Origin: Octopus sinensis
Lineage: Eukaryota
Assembly: GCF_006345805.1 (NCBI RefSeq)
Contig: NC_043004.1
Location: 37,820,001-37,884,000 of the forward strand
Length of the DNA: 64,000 bases
Direction of reading: 5' to 3'
Positions 12,241-26,961 of the stretch are shown here, piece by piece (position 1 is the first letter of the stretch; each line of letters starts with the position of its first letter). The position numbers and the translations under genes are program-made. Below the pieces are notes generated by a model. That model searched no databases and was not told where the DNA came from. It saw nothing but the letters and a program-made list of their open reading frames with translations.

Positions 12241-12403
12241 TGTGAATTACATGCAAAGTGTTAAACAGTATTAAGAAGAGAGTCTAAAAGTGAAGATCCA
12301 GTGAAAGTCAATCGGTCTACATTCTGCTCAACATCTTGAGCCATCATCTAAAGATGAAGACTTCAAGTTTCACATCTAGAAGTTTTAAATACAAAAATAT
12401 GTT

Positions 12404-12630
12404 TTAACCCTTTTGTTACCAACCTGGCTGAAACCGGCTTTGGCTCTGAGTACAAATGTCTTGTTTTCATAAGTTTTGAATTAAAATCTTCCACCAAACC
12501 TTAGTCACAATTTATGTTCCTAACACCAGCTTAATGATAACCAAGTTATTTTACTAAATTTTTTGTTATATTTAAAGTAATTGAAAGAAACACAGAACAT
12601 CTCAAATAAATACAGTAAAGAAAGGGTTAA
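12404..12630 (-). mobile_element. piggyBac-type MITE, family 1
   Basis: TTAA|CCCTTT ... AAAGGG|TTAA. Confidence 0.85.
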
Positions 12631-12803
12631 ATTCAATTCAGGAATAATTATTCAAAAGCTGATACAGATTCAATTATAGTGAAATTATTTATTTAGTAAC
12701 AACAGATAATTAAACCTTCATTTGTTTATCTCATTCAAAGACAATAATAGTTTTGTAGTTACAATTAAAAAAAATATTTATCATCCATTTATGTATGTCA
12801 TAT

Positions 12804-12901
12804 TTATATCCATTTATGAATTTGACGTTCTGATACAAAATTACCACGTGGTTCTTTAACGTTTGGAGGCAGTAATGCAAGATAGACTGGAGTGTCAGCA
12901 C
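12804..12901 (-). CDS. CBR1: CBR copy B exon 8 (last coding exon)
   Basis: 98 nt ending TAA, paralogous to 4011-4108. Confidence 0.95.
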
Positions 12902-15900
12902 CTAATAAAGAGGGAGAGAAAAAATATTTACTTATACATATAAATTTAAGTCACTGTGGATTCAACTAATTCAATAGTACTATTGAAAAAAGCTCCTTAA
13001 TGTATCATTCTACAAAACCTATAGAATATATAGTATGATACAATAGAAAACTATAAGGAGTGTATAAAGTTATAAATAATTAGGAAAATATAGTATGATA
13101 AAATTTATTTAACCATTGGAAAATTCTTTTATAACAATTGTTTTGCAACTTCATAGAGCATGTATAGATCATTTATTTTATCATATTTTATAATAAGTAA
13201 ATTACTTATATGTCTAGATTAATATAAACAATCTTTAAATTAATGCAGACATTAAGCTAGCTTAATCAGGTTAGAAAAAATCCATGTTAAAAAATATATA
13301 CATCTATATTCGTTTTGGAGAAAGAGAACTCTGTATATGTAATATAATTTATAAATCTATTCAACAGGGATGATTCACTCTATCACCATTCCAAGTTTCT
13401 TGTTTTGTGCATAGACTGAGGCGACATTTTGTCATTTAAACCTAAATAAATGTACATAATGAGAAAATGGAGTTGCAACAGAGTAAACCATCAGCTTTGA
13501 ATGAATACGGTATTACTCAGTTTATAATGCACACTTTACTCAAAGTTATCATCTAAAACTAACTGCTTACCTTCATAAACCAAAACTACTTTTGCTGCTG
13601 TTCTCCATGTTTCAGTCATAAGTACTACTGAACATAAAACTCATTCCATATTGCTTAAAGATTTATATTATTACTTATTATTAAAGGGCGGAGGCATGTG
13701 GCTTAGTGGTTAGGGTGTCAGCATCATGATCGTAAGATTGTGGTTTCAGTTCCTGGACCGAGCGACGCGTTGTGTTCTTGAGCAAAAGACTTCATTTCAC
13801 ATTGCTCCAGCTGGCAAAAATGAGTAACGCTGCGATGGACTGGTGTTCCGTTCAGCTGGGGAACACATACACCATTGAAACCAGGAAACTGGGTCCATAA
13901 GCCTGGCTATGCTTTAAAAGGGTGCATTTATTTATTTTATTATTAAAGGAAGCAAGCTGGCAGAAAAAAAATGTCTAGTGGTATTTGTTCCAGTTCTTTG
14001 CATCCTGAATCTAAACACTACAAAGACCAACTTTGCCTATCATTCCTTCTAGAGACTGCTCAGTAGTTCTTTAAGCCTCTATATCTTCTTTCTCGGAGTT
14101 GCCTTGAGACTCAGGTGCCATCTATTTCTTATTCTAGATCCTTACTTCATGTTGGGTGGTGTATTCTTCAACAGGAAAAGTTTTAGCTTTCACAGTCATC
14201 TGTCTTCCCCATTTTCTTGATAAGAATGAAGTCTATCCAGCTTTTGTGTTAACCACATTGGTAAACGATCAGGAGCCAGCTGATTTCTTAAAGTTGATGT
14301 TGCAAATGATTTCTACTACCATGCCTATAACCCCCAGGCATGTGCCCCTTGAGACAAACAGTGAAAGGGTCTCCAGAATTATGTGGTTCTCAAGCAGACT
14401 TCTTACATACACAGCTATGCCTATATTTTTCTCAAAACAAACAAAATTAACAAGTAGTTAGATGGAGGTTCTCTTACCTTCATCTATAGTTTTAGGGCCT
14501 TTGTGACTTGACATATCAGTGTCAACATAACCAGGACAGCACTGAAAGAGAGAAGACATATTAATATCATTATTGTTCGGGATGGCATAAATGACAGAAT
14601 GCAGGAAATAAATATTCTGGCAGTTAGTTATGTTCCTGTATATCTACTGTTCAAATTTGCCTAGTTTGACTTTGTTCATCATCATTTTGAGGTCAATAAA
14701 ATAAAGCATCTATTAAGTATTGGATCAATAATATCAACTGTATCTTTTAGAAATTATTTATGTTTCTATTTATCAAGGTGAAAGGCAGATTCTGTAAAAC
14801 ACTGGTCAAGAGCTTTAGTAGTGTTTAGTTATGTCCCATGTTTACACCTTAATGAAAGACACTTTGCCTTTCATCCCTCTGGGATTAATAAAACATTCAT
14901 TAAGTACAGGGGTTAAGTACATTCAACTTGCAATATGTGTGGCTTTGTGCTCAAAGCCACTCTCCTCTGCTGTTCCATTGACCCAACTACCTAAGAAACA
15001 TTCACTAACGACTGCCCATGTCATCGCCAAAGGAATGGACTAGATGGAAAATAAACATCAAAAGGCAGAGATCAGATATTAAAGACACCAAGAGTGGCTC
15101 TCACTTCCTTTTCCCCTGCCAACCTTTTCCTAGGATAGATGCTCCCCAGCTCTTCTATAAAGCCCTTGGCCTGAACAGCCGCCTCAGGCACCGGCACCCA
15201 TCAGGATGAAGAGGCTCAATCCGTCACTACAGATTAAATATTTGGATACAAGTTAATGCTGATGACAATGATACCAATGATCATCATCATCGTTTAATGT
15301 CTTCCTTCTAATCTGGTATGGGTTGGACAGTTTGACAGGAGCTGGCCAGGCAGGAGTCTGCACCACACTTCTGTGTCTGTTTTGGCATTGTTTTTACGGT
15401 TGGATGCCCTTCCTAACACCAACCACCCCGCAGAGCAGGCTGAGTGCTTTTTACATGGCACCAGCACAGGTGAAGTCAGTTTTGGCATGGGCTTTTTAAA
15501 AAAATCAATATCGACTTCAACTTTTGGCACGAGGCCAGCAAGATTGGGGTAAGTCGATTACATTGACCCCAGTGCTCAACTAGTATTCATTTTATTGACC
15601 CTGAAAGGATGAAAGGCAAAGTCAACCTTTGTGGAATTTGAACTCCAAACATAAAGTAGCACCAATTTAGCTATTTCTCCGTAGATTGAAAAAAAGATGA
15701 ACAACTTTAATCGATTTTCGAATTTTATTGGGTTCTCATCAGAGGTGTAGTGGTTCAAACATGAAAAATAGAACTCATGTTGAGTCAGACTCAAATAATA
15801 AGTATAGATTTATTGATCGGCGAAAGTTACACAGTGACTGAAGGTTCGAGAGTTTCATGCAGAGGCACTTATCAAACTAATTAAATCAGTGTTTTCTATA

Positions 15901-18900
15901 TAAAACGAAAAAGCAGGACAGTATCGGAAACAAATATGATGCAGATACTATTTTATATATACTCAGCGGTCAACATTTGGCCGATATTGTCTTAATTTTC
16001 TATCCTGTTCCTCTCGGTTTCTTTCCCCTCTTGTTTGCAAAACATTCCCTATCTATTTCTACTTGTCTTTCTCTTCACATATCTGCTTCTTTTCTCTCTT
16101 TACTCATCTTCATTTCTTCCTCTTATTATCACTGTCAACTATATCCTGTCTACCTTTATTTCCTTGTCTCCACACTCCCTCTTTCTTCATAATTGTTCTT
16201 TCTTCACCAATTTTCTCTGCCACATGACTATCCAATATTTTTAACACTCCTTAAATTTGGTTAGCCAAGACGTTTTTTTTTTTCAATCAGCTGTTTACCT
16301 TATCATTTCACTTTTGATTGTTTTTTTCCTCCTATCCTAGTACCTCTGGAATACATGCACCAAGATTTTTCCTTCTTTTTCTTTTTTTTTTTTTTTGTCA
16401 TGGAATATCTTATATTTGCAATTTGTATTTTTACTGCTTACGTTTGCTTAACTTGTATATCTCTGAAATAAAGTATATTTTAACCTACAAAATATAGGTA
16501 CTATTTAAGAAGAGTGGTCCTGGTACGCGCACTCGTGCTAGCTAGTCATAACTAGTCGATCCTACAAGTAGTCAATTTTAGCTCACCAGGCAAACGACGA
16601 GGTACGCGGATGCGCGCTACTAGTTGATTTTAACACAGAGATAAACAATGAGACACACGGACGAGCGCTACTTGCTGTAAATGGAGCGGGGTTAACCATG
16701 TAATACAAAAAGAAAATTGTAGATAGAATAAATATAAAAGTGAAAAATAATCATTGAATACTGAAAAAAACATTCATCTCCCCTAACCCTAAACCCTAAC
16801 CCCTAACCCATAATAAAATATGGGAAAAGCTGGAGATGAATGTTTTGAAAACATTCTGAACTATTTTTCAGAATGGTTTACTTTTCAATGAAATATCATT
16901 TTGTTATTTTTCATGTTTTTATTCAATTTATCTGCAATTTTCTTCTTGTATTAGATGGATAACCCACCCTCCATTTACAGCAAGTAGCGTACGTCTCGTT
17001 GTTTACCTGTGTGCTAAAATCGACTACTTACGACTAACGCGCTCGCATGCGCAAATTTGTGACATGCACACTCCCAGAACTTGGATCCACACTTCTACAG
17101 TAGTGCCAAATTTTGGAACTGAGTTTGCACTCCCTAAGAAAATTTTATTCCTGGGCCACTGTTGACAGGTATAAAATATCACTGACAGATATGCACCAGC
17201 CCCTAACCCACAAGAGTACATTTTCCTATCTCTACCTTTTTATATTGCTACTAAAATGACTCTCATCCTCAGTAGTAGCTGATCTCATACACAAACCACT
17301 CAAATCCACCCGACTTATCTCTCCTCCTCTCATCTCTCATGCTTTCTTTCATCCAATGCTAAGGCCCCACACAAACCATTACATCTAGTTCTTCTTTCCC
17401 TGGAATGTCTTTCCTGGAGGTGTTGGCTTTCAACAGCTTAAGCAGAAGATTAATGACATTGATTTCCTTGGTCTTGGATAACTTGTGAAGATCATAAGCC
17501 TTCAACTAGAACCAACAACCGAAAAATGAATGAAAAATAATAGGCATCATAGGGTCGATGCATATCCTGTGCGCAGATAAAGTTTTTTGCAAATTACAGT
17601 GTGGCTTACACTGCATTGCTTATCCATGCTTTTTAATTGAAGTGAATTAAATTTTGTAAGTGTTTAAATTAAATCAGATTAGAAGCCTAAGTAGATGACA
17701 GCTGAAAATAGACTTGATCGATGTCTACACCAAACACAAATGAGTAAAATTTGCATATGACTAAATAAATGATTATTCAAATAATAATCATGATTATGAA
17801 ATAGAAAGTGAAGAAAATGAAATACTTATAGAAAATATTGCATAGAATTTGAGAAGTGTTTTCAATGTCTTTCAATGATGGCAGGCGAATCAAACATACT
17901 GTAGTTTGTTGTGGGATATAAATAATATGACTACTTAACAGAAAATTTGTAAGTTTGATTTTTTTAAATTTAAATTTTTTTTTCTTTAAATAGGTATTAT
18001 ACTCTGGTGAAATTAAAAAATCAACTCATAAATAAACGAAACCCTCAAATCCATCACTGTACACACATAAAGAGTTGCATATCTATATATATATTTTTGT
18101 ATATATGTATAAACATGTGTCTACATGCATAGGTATGCTTTGATCTATACACATGCAGATGAGGGTCAAATCAAATGATATATATATATTGCGTACTATT
18201 CCATGATGAAGATCAACAAAAAAGTACTCCCTATGGAGAAAGAAAAAGTATTTAATAGACATAATATATGTTTTTATGTGCTAATAATAGATTCTTGTGC
18301 CGAGAACATGCCAAAACGATGCATATCCTGTGTACATAAATTCTTTCACAAAAAATCTGCCCAGTCAAAACGTTTTGATTCACCTGTCTGCCAGTTTTGA
18401 TAATAATCAAACCAAATTTTCATCAGTTTAAGCCACTCACCAAATGAGTATTTCTGCTAAATTTGGTGTGCTAACACAGACAATATGAGTGACTACAATA
18501 TCCTGCTTTCACTTAAGCACACATGAATAATAAATGAAAATGCATTAAATGAAATATAAAAAATGAAATTGATAATTACCGCATTAACAACAATATCTTC
18601 TTTTCCTTCACTATCAAGAACTTTCTGTTGAATTATGGTCATAGCAGTTTTTCCCAACTTAGAGACACCATATGCTGTTGAAGGCCAACCTTTTGCTTCA
18701 TGGTCACCATTTTTCACATCACTGATGTAAAAATTGTAAAAATTATATATAAATATATATATATGTATAGAGATAAATAAAAAAATTAAGCCTACAAATT
18801 AAACACTGGCACAAGAGTGGCTATATAGTCAGAAGCTTGCTTCCTAACCACATGGTTCTAGATTTAGTCCCACGGTGTGACACTTTGGTAAAGTGTTTCC

Positions 18901-21900
18901 CATTATAGCTTTGGAACAACCAAAGCCTTGTGAGTTGATTTGACAGACGGAAACTGAAAGAAGCCCATCATATGTGTGTTTGTCTTACACCACCACTTGA
19001 CGACTGATGTTGGTGTGCTTACATCCCTGTTGCTAAGCAGTTTGCAAAAATGATCTCTAGTATAAGTCCCAGGCTTAAAAGAAAATAAGTGCTGGGGGTC
19101 AATTCATTCAACAAAGTGTTCTTCAAAGTAGTGCCCCAGCATGGCCGCAGTCTAATGATTGAAACAAGTTAAAAATAAAAGATAAATTAAATATTTAATA
19201 ACTGTGGTCAATTTGATTGAATAAAAACTATGATCCAAGTCATTCCAGCCATAACCTTTTCATCAGTTTTTGTGAGCATTTGGTCTCGACAACCTTTCAT
19301 AACTGCCCCAGGAAGTTGGCATAGTACTCTTCATTGATGATGTGGCCCTTTTGAAGATTGTAAATAAACACAATGTCTTTTTCATCCCGAAAAACTGAGG
19401 TCATCACCTTCCCTGCAGGTGAAACGACTTTAACCTTCTTTGAGCAGGTGAGGAAGGGCTTTTCCACCACATGGATTGTCTATTTGTCTCTGGTTCAAAG
19501 TTATAAAGCTAACGCTCATCTTGGGTTAGGAAATGTTCAAGGAAGATCTGCCTCAATCAATATCAATTTCTCCTGTAATGTAATCTGCTGGTGCACTTTT
19601 GATCATATCAAGATCATTGTGCAGAATATTCTCAACTTTCTCACAGGGTATACTAACAGCAGTGGTTTTTTGATTTATAGTTATCCATCACCTGTCATCC
19701 ATCACCATATGGTGAACACAATCAATGAATCAATGCTTTCCTCAGTGGTGGCAGTTGCAGGACGTCCAGAAGTTGAGTCATCTTCAAGACTCTCCCTACC
19801 CTCCTAAATACACCTGCTCACTTTCTTACTGTCAATAAAGTTGGACCATCATCCCCTAATGTAGCAAGCATGTTAACATGAATGTCTTTTGGGGGCTAAA
19901 CCGTTTTTCTGCAGGTACTTGAAAACACCATGTGGCCAAATTGGTCCATTTTCAAGAGAAGTCACTACTTTGAAATTATCTTTGAAATCTTCTTTGGACA
20001 ATCGGATGTCAGTTTACCTGGAAGGAAACAATGCAGTTATTAATAAGTAGAGTTAGAATTAATGCACGAAAGATTTCACAGTTCCATTATCATTCCTTCA
20101 TAGTCAGTCAATCCACATACAAACACACACACATACAGAGTTCCACTCTTTTCTTGTCATTAGTCATTAGTGGTAGTAAATCAATGCAGCCTAAACACAA
20201 CAATAATGTAACTTAAATTTTGTCTTATAAAATTTATGATGAAATCACATGACATATCCAAGATGAAATAATACATACGTTACAAACTGAGCCATCAAAT
20301 TTTCCAGCTGAGGTATAGTTAAATTTTTATCAATGAATTTCTCTCTCAGATCTGTTGAACATTTATTAAGTGCTCTTACGGAGGACATACTGGAAACATT
20401 AACCACTCTAGAACATAAAACATAAACATATAAGTTTGACTTTTGTATAAAAAGTAGAGATAAAACAAGGTTAAGGAATTATTGGCTAGCTGACATTGAG
20501 TTTTAAAGGTCTCTGACTACTAATCTATTTACTTAGATTTTAACACAAAACAATCTTCACACCAAAATTAAACTATTTCATATTATTACTTTACTGGCTC
20601 CATACTGGAGCAAATGTATATACCTGGGTGGGGCTTTAACTCAAAATATAAAGGACTGCAACTAAATACCACAAGTATACACACATAAAAGAATTAAAAA
20701 TTTTTCAGAAATGAAGACAAGATGTTTGTCAGAACTCCTGCTCAAACTTTCATAGTCAAATTAGTCAAAGAATTAAAGGGGAAAATTCCAAACATGGAAG
20801 CAGAGGTCTAAGGTCAATTTATCAAAGATAGGTCTAAGGTACAAGAAAATAAAATAGATCACAACTACTAACAGAGAAGATGGAAATAAATATAGATATA
20901 CTCAGTATAGCGAAAGGGAACAGACAAGAATTCTATACTTATTTGTTTACTGCCCACAAGGGGACAAACAAGGACAGACAAACGGATCAAATCGATTATA
21001 TCGACCCCCATTGCGTAACTGGTACTTATTTAATTCGACCCCGAAAGGATGGAAGGCAAAGTCGACCTCGGCGGAATTTGAACTCAGAATGTAGCAGCAG
21101 ACGAAATACCACTAAGCATTTTGCCCAGCGTACTAATGCTTCTGCCAGCTCACTGCCTTGACAGGAATTCTATACTGTCTGCATAGTTCAAGCTATGTGT
21201 ACAGTGGGATCAAAGGCAGGCTGGAAAAAATGGAAGACTGCATATATAATAGATGTATAGGAGTTGTTATTAGTAATTATTTCAAGATATTTCAATTGCT
21301 CAGAAGCCAAGGCAAAAATAGTTGAGAGCTCCTGCTACCTGAAAGACCTACTCAGCTACAGAGATGAGTATTGTGAAAGTTTAGCAGCCAGAGTAGAGTG
21401 GAGTGGAAAAGGTTCAGCTGTTGGCAACAAAAAGCTTCTCACCTTGAATGGAGGACAGATTGTATGTTAAGACCTGTGTATATGGTAGTAAGACATGGGC
21501 TTAAATCTCAAAATAAATATGAAACTTGTAAAGAGGCGAGGTAAGCATATTCTGTTAGATAAGTAACGTCAGCATGTTATGAATGAGAGAATACAAGTAT
21601 GTTAAAAGAAAACTTGGCATTAGAATATCAACCACAGTGTACAGAAAATATTGTGCTGGTATGGACAATCAATATATAGGAAGAACATCAACTGAATGTA
21701 AAAATGTCAAATATGTCAGTAGAGGTAGTTTTCAGGAGGGTTGAGCTAAAGAAAAGGTGGTAGAAGTAAGACAGTGGACTGCTCAAAAGGAAATTACAAA
21801 GGAATGTAATAAATGGATAAAATACTATGTTGATATGGATCTGTCCAATCACTGACAATTTGGAAAACTAAAGGTGTAATGATGATGATGATGATGAGGC

Positions 21901-24900
21901 TGATAAGTTGCTCAATGTTTTATTAACATCATTCACTTTTCATTAAATGTACCACACATCCTATATGTAGAAATATTTATGAGGTGTCTACATGTAAATG
22001 AAACAGATGTGATATTGACAGTGGGAGGGAGGTGGGGGGCTTATGTGTATTTCAGAAAATTACATTTTACAATAGTCCAATTCCAGGTTGTATACTTTTA
22101 TTAATGTAGGTCGTTAACCCAAAACAGCTTTTGCAGCAAGACTAGGTAGTATTTTTATATAATTACTTTTACTAATGAGATTTTATTTAACCTCTTCAGT
22201 TATGGATGAAAAAGTAAAACTATTTTTTAATTTTTATTTTTTATTTATTCCAAAATACAGGTAAATAACACACATTAAGTAAATTTTTAAAGAATTCAAT
22301 ATTCTTAATATTTGGCATGGATAAATAAAAATTTTGCTAATGCTAGGTAAAAGAAACACCAATTTACTTACCTCTGTGAGATTTACTAGAAGAGACACAG
22401 CCATTCTCTATGACTCGTGAGAAAACACTGAGTCAGAATTATATGGTCTTGGTTATATATTCATTTTAGAGATGTCCAATGAATTGGTAACTGTGACTCA
22501 AATTAATTATGATTTATATTTCTTTTGTAATTTATGCTGAAAAATTGTCCAATGCATTGGACAAAATGACTGAAGGGGTTAAAGAGGAACAAAATAGATT
22601 CTTGATCATGTGATTGTTCTTTATTATATGATCTCATTAACTTGATTTCCACCCTAAGACAATCATCACAACAAGTCTAAGTTTTATGCCACATGCTGTG
22701 AAGTGCCAAAAATATTAATCATCTACACACAGATGAATCAAAGAGATCCAGAAGAAAAACAATATAAAGACTAGAATAAAGACACTTCCCCACCATATAG
22801 ATACAATTGACACAAACACACACAAACACACACACACACACACACATATATACATACCTGGCATGAGGATGCAAGAGTGGAAAAATTTGTCGACAAACAT
22901 CCAAAGTTCCAGTGAAGTTACATCTCAATGTCACTTCTGCTTGTTCACTGAAAGGAGCTGTTGATGCTTGCTAAAATATAAAAAATACGAAATTAATTTG
23001 AAGTTAATTTATTATTATTACTATTATACAAACCAAAATTGAAACTGATCAACATCAATGGAAATTGTAGCTGTGATACCAGTGCCGATGGTATGTAAGA
23101 GAACCATCCGAATGTGGCCATTGCCAGTGCCACCCCGACTGGCCTCGTGTCGGTGGCAAGTAAAAAGCACCATCCGATCGTGGCCGTTTGCCAGCCTCAT
23201 CTGGCACCTGTGCCGGTGGTACATAAAAAGCACCCACTACACTCATGGAGTGGTTGGCGTTAGGAAGGACATCCAGCCATAGAAACATTGCCAGATCAGA
23301 CTGGGCCTGGTGTAGCCTTCTGGCTTCCCAGACCCCAGTTGAACCGTCCAACCCATGCTAGCATGGAAAGCGGACGCTAAACGATGATGATGATGATACA
23401 AAGCAGTAAGTGAGCAGAACCATTAGCACACCAAGTAAAATGCTTAGCAGCATTTCATCCATCTTCACATTCTGAGTTCAAATTCTATCAAGGTCAACTT
23501 TGCATTTCATCATTTCAGGATTGGTAGACTAAGAACCAGTCGAACATTGGCATCAATGTAATAGACTTAGCCCCTCCCCACAAATTTCAGGCCTTGTGCA
23601 TACAACAGAAAGGATTATTATAATTAAGAGGAAGGCAGTGAAGTCGCAGAATTGTAAGAGTGTTGTAAAAAAATTCTTTGCAGTATTTGTTCCTATTCTT
23701 TCCATTCTGGTGTCAAATACTGCTGAGGCCTATTTTGCTTTTCATTCTTTTGGGTTTGATAAAATAAAGCACCAGTCAAGTACTGGGGACAATGTAAATA
23801 ACTAACATCTTCTCTCTAAAATTATTGGGCTTGCACCAAAATTTGAAACAATTACTATTATAATTAAGATGGCAGTAAATTACAAAAACAGGTGTAGCCT
23901 CTAACAATCACTCTACATTCTAAGCAATCACTCTACCTTAATGAGGATGTTTCTTGCCTTTAATTCTTCCACAGAAATTAAGTGTAAGTCCGCCAGAAAT
24001 TGTGGGCCTCTGATAATATTAAGCATTGTCATTATTATTTAGAACATTTTTTGACTAAGCCAGAATTGTTCCAAGACATATCAGTATTGTACATCACAAG
24101 CTGTGTGGTGTTATGAATAACTAATATCAACATGTAGAAGAAATAAAAATAACAACTTGTACAGAAGGGTGGAAAGTACCTTATAAGCTATACCAGCATT
24201 GTTGACAAGGATATCAAGGCCTCCATAGGTTTCTTTCAAATAGTTTGCAAAAGCAGAAATACTTTTAGTGTCTGTGATGTCAAGTTGATGGAATTTGGCC
24301 TGACATCCTTCCTTGCCAAGTTCTGCAATAGCTGCTTCCCCACGTCCAACATCACGAGCTTGTAAAAATGAAAAAAAGCAGTTGTAATATCAGAGAATTG
24401 ATGAAAACTTCATAATATAGAAGAAAACTTAACTTATTCTATAGTTAATTCATATATATATATATATATAATAGAAATATGTTACAAAAAGAAAATAGAA
24501 ACTACACATGGTAATGTAAGGGGAAAGTAAGAAAAATCAACGAAAATGCACATTGTAAATAAAAAAAGTAAAGGCTGTTTATGAAAAGTAATGAAAGATA
24601 TATATATAATTAGATGAACTGAGGTAGGAATAGAAGTAATAAAAGTCATTATTGTGAGATTATTAAAGAGATTCAAGCAATTATATATAATACCTATCAT
24701 CCACTCATACAAACTGGTTCTTCTTTAGAATTAGAAAAATAAAAAGAATTTATAGAGATTTTTCATAATTGCTGCATAAAATTTCAAAACAAAACAAAAT
24801 GTCAATATTAAATGTGATCTTTGAACTTGACAGGTTTAGGCAATAAAAAGTGTCCAGTAGTGCTTTAAAGTCACAACAAGTAACCTTTTCTCGGTTTTTA

Positions 24901-26406
24901 TTTACCTGGTGATCTAGACCAAAACCAACTATGAACCCTGGTTAATGTATGTTCTTGTCACCTGATTCTCTTTCATTATTGTACTGGCCACCCTGATTTC
25001 TAGTTTACAGTGAGACCAACCTGGTGATGACTTATGTTGTGGTTTTTGCTGCTGTTTCTGTTGTGTTTGTCATTCATATTTGGTTTGTCTTTCAGGGGTA
25101 CTCAAAGTTTTCCTTCCAACATAACTCTTCATCATGTCCAGTAGTATTAGTGTAACCCATTATCAATAACATACTGCAAAATGGTTGGTGACCATTGAAT
25201 AGTCAACAGACATGTATTGTTTATAATTAATTTGAAGAGTTCAAATCCTGCTGCATTCAGCTTTGCCTTTCAACCATCTGGGGTCAATAAAATAAAATGC
25301 CAATCAAATACAAGATTTGACATAATCAACTGTCCTCCCACTACTCACAAATTTCCAAATTTTGTGCCTATATAAAAAAACATTTTCATTAAACTTAGCC
25401 ATACATTTTTAATAAGATGGATCAACTTGGCTCTTTCCAACAAGGAACTCAATTGTAGACAATTTCAGAGAGACGCACTTGCATATTATTCTCAAATTCC
25501 CAATTGGCAGTCTTACACAAAATTCGTGTTTTTGTTCTGCACTTTACTGAAAACACTTGTTGACAATAAGTGAATGGGAAGAGCAAATACCTTTCCTCAT
25601 ATTTTCTAGACATATGAGTTGCATTAAGATTGTAGTGGCTAAACCTTTTTTAACAAACTTACACACCTACCACAATTCTCCTGGCATACCCCTATGTGTA
25701 CACATACCCCACTGCAATAATAATAACAATAAACTTACCTGTTGCTATCACATCTCCTTCAAACTTTTTACACAGAGCTCTGACAATGGCAAAACCAATC
25801 CCTTTGTTACTTCCTGTTACCTGGTGAGGAGGCAAATTGAAATATCATCACATATCTCAGTGATGAATTCTTGCAAATAAAATTAGTTATATCATGTAAT
25901 ACACCCAGTAATGCCTAAGTATTGTATCAAAGTAGGAGAGGAACTGAAGGATGTGGTTTGAGGGAGAATCGGTTGCTATATATGGCATGTCTAGTTAATA
26001 TGTTGAAGTCTCATTTGTAAGTTCATGCAGAAATATAAACATAAATAAGACAACAAAGCATTGTTTGAAGGAACTTTAGTTGCGATTTCTGTCAGGAATT
26101 GTTACAAATATTGATGTCCCTCCATTTTACAGTCTCATTGTTGATATTCTTTTTTAGCCACAAGTTGGTCCTGATCAAGGCTTACAAAGAATAAGCTCTG
26201 GGGTCGATTTGTTCAACTGAAGGCGGTGCTCCAGTGTGGTCACAGTCAAATGACTGAAACAAGTAAAAAAATTCCCCTCTCAGATTCACACACTTATTGT
26301 AGCTATCCTTCAGTCTTTGTAAGCCCTGTAAAAAGAACTCGGAGGATTGGGCCTCCAACCAGGCCTTTCATGATACCCTTAAAGCCAAGAACTTTTCAGC
26401 ATCCCC

Positions 26407-26456
<50 letters not shown>

Positions 26457-26627
26457 GGCGCAGGAGTGGCTGTGTGGTAAGTAGCTTGCTTACCAACCAC
26501 ATGGTTCCGGATTCAATCCCACTGCGTGGCACCTAGGGCAAGTGTCTTCTACTATAGCCTCGGGCCGACCAAAGCCTTGTGAGTGGATTTGGTAGATGGA
26601 AACTGAAAGAAGCCCATCGTATATATG

Positions 26628-26660
<33 letters not shown>

Positions 26661-26909
26661 TTATGTGTCTGTGTTTGTCCCCCCAACATTGCTGGACAAC
26701 CGATGCTGGTGTGTTTATGTCCCCCGTAACTTAGCGGTTCGGCAAAGAGACCGATAGAATAAGTACTAGGCTTACAAAAAATAAGTCCTTGGGTCGATTT
26801 GCTCGACTAAAGGCGGTGCTCCAGCATGGCCACAGTCAAAATGACTGAAAGAAGTAAAAGAGTAAAAGAGAGAGAGATATATATAAATAAATTAAATTAG
26901 AGATAAAAC

Positions 26910-26961
<52 letters not shown>

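Noticed and set aside
13687-13770. tRNA gene candidates at SINE heads
   Set aside because: A/B-box-like motifs continue into SINE core sequence; no complete cloverleaf with an acceptor stem.
19373-19807. 144-aa plus-strand ORF
   Set aside because: It is the antisense frame of the decayed mariner transposase.
24906-25172. Exon-like segment with AG/GT ends and an ATGATGA...CTGA pair in CBR-B intron 2
   Set aside because: Stops in all three frames; C-to-D spacing is only about 44 nt with no terminal stem, too short for a C/D snoRNA.
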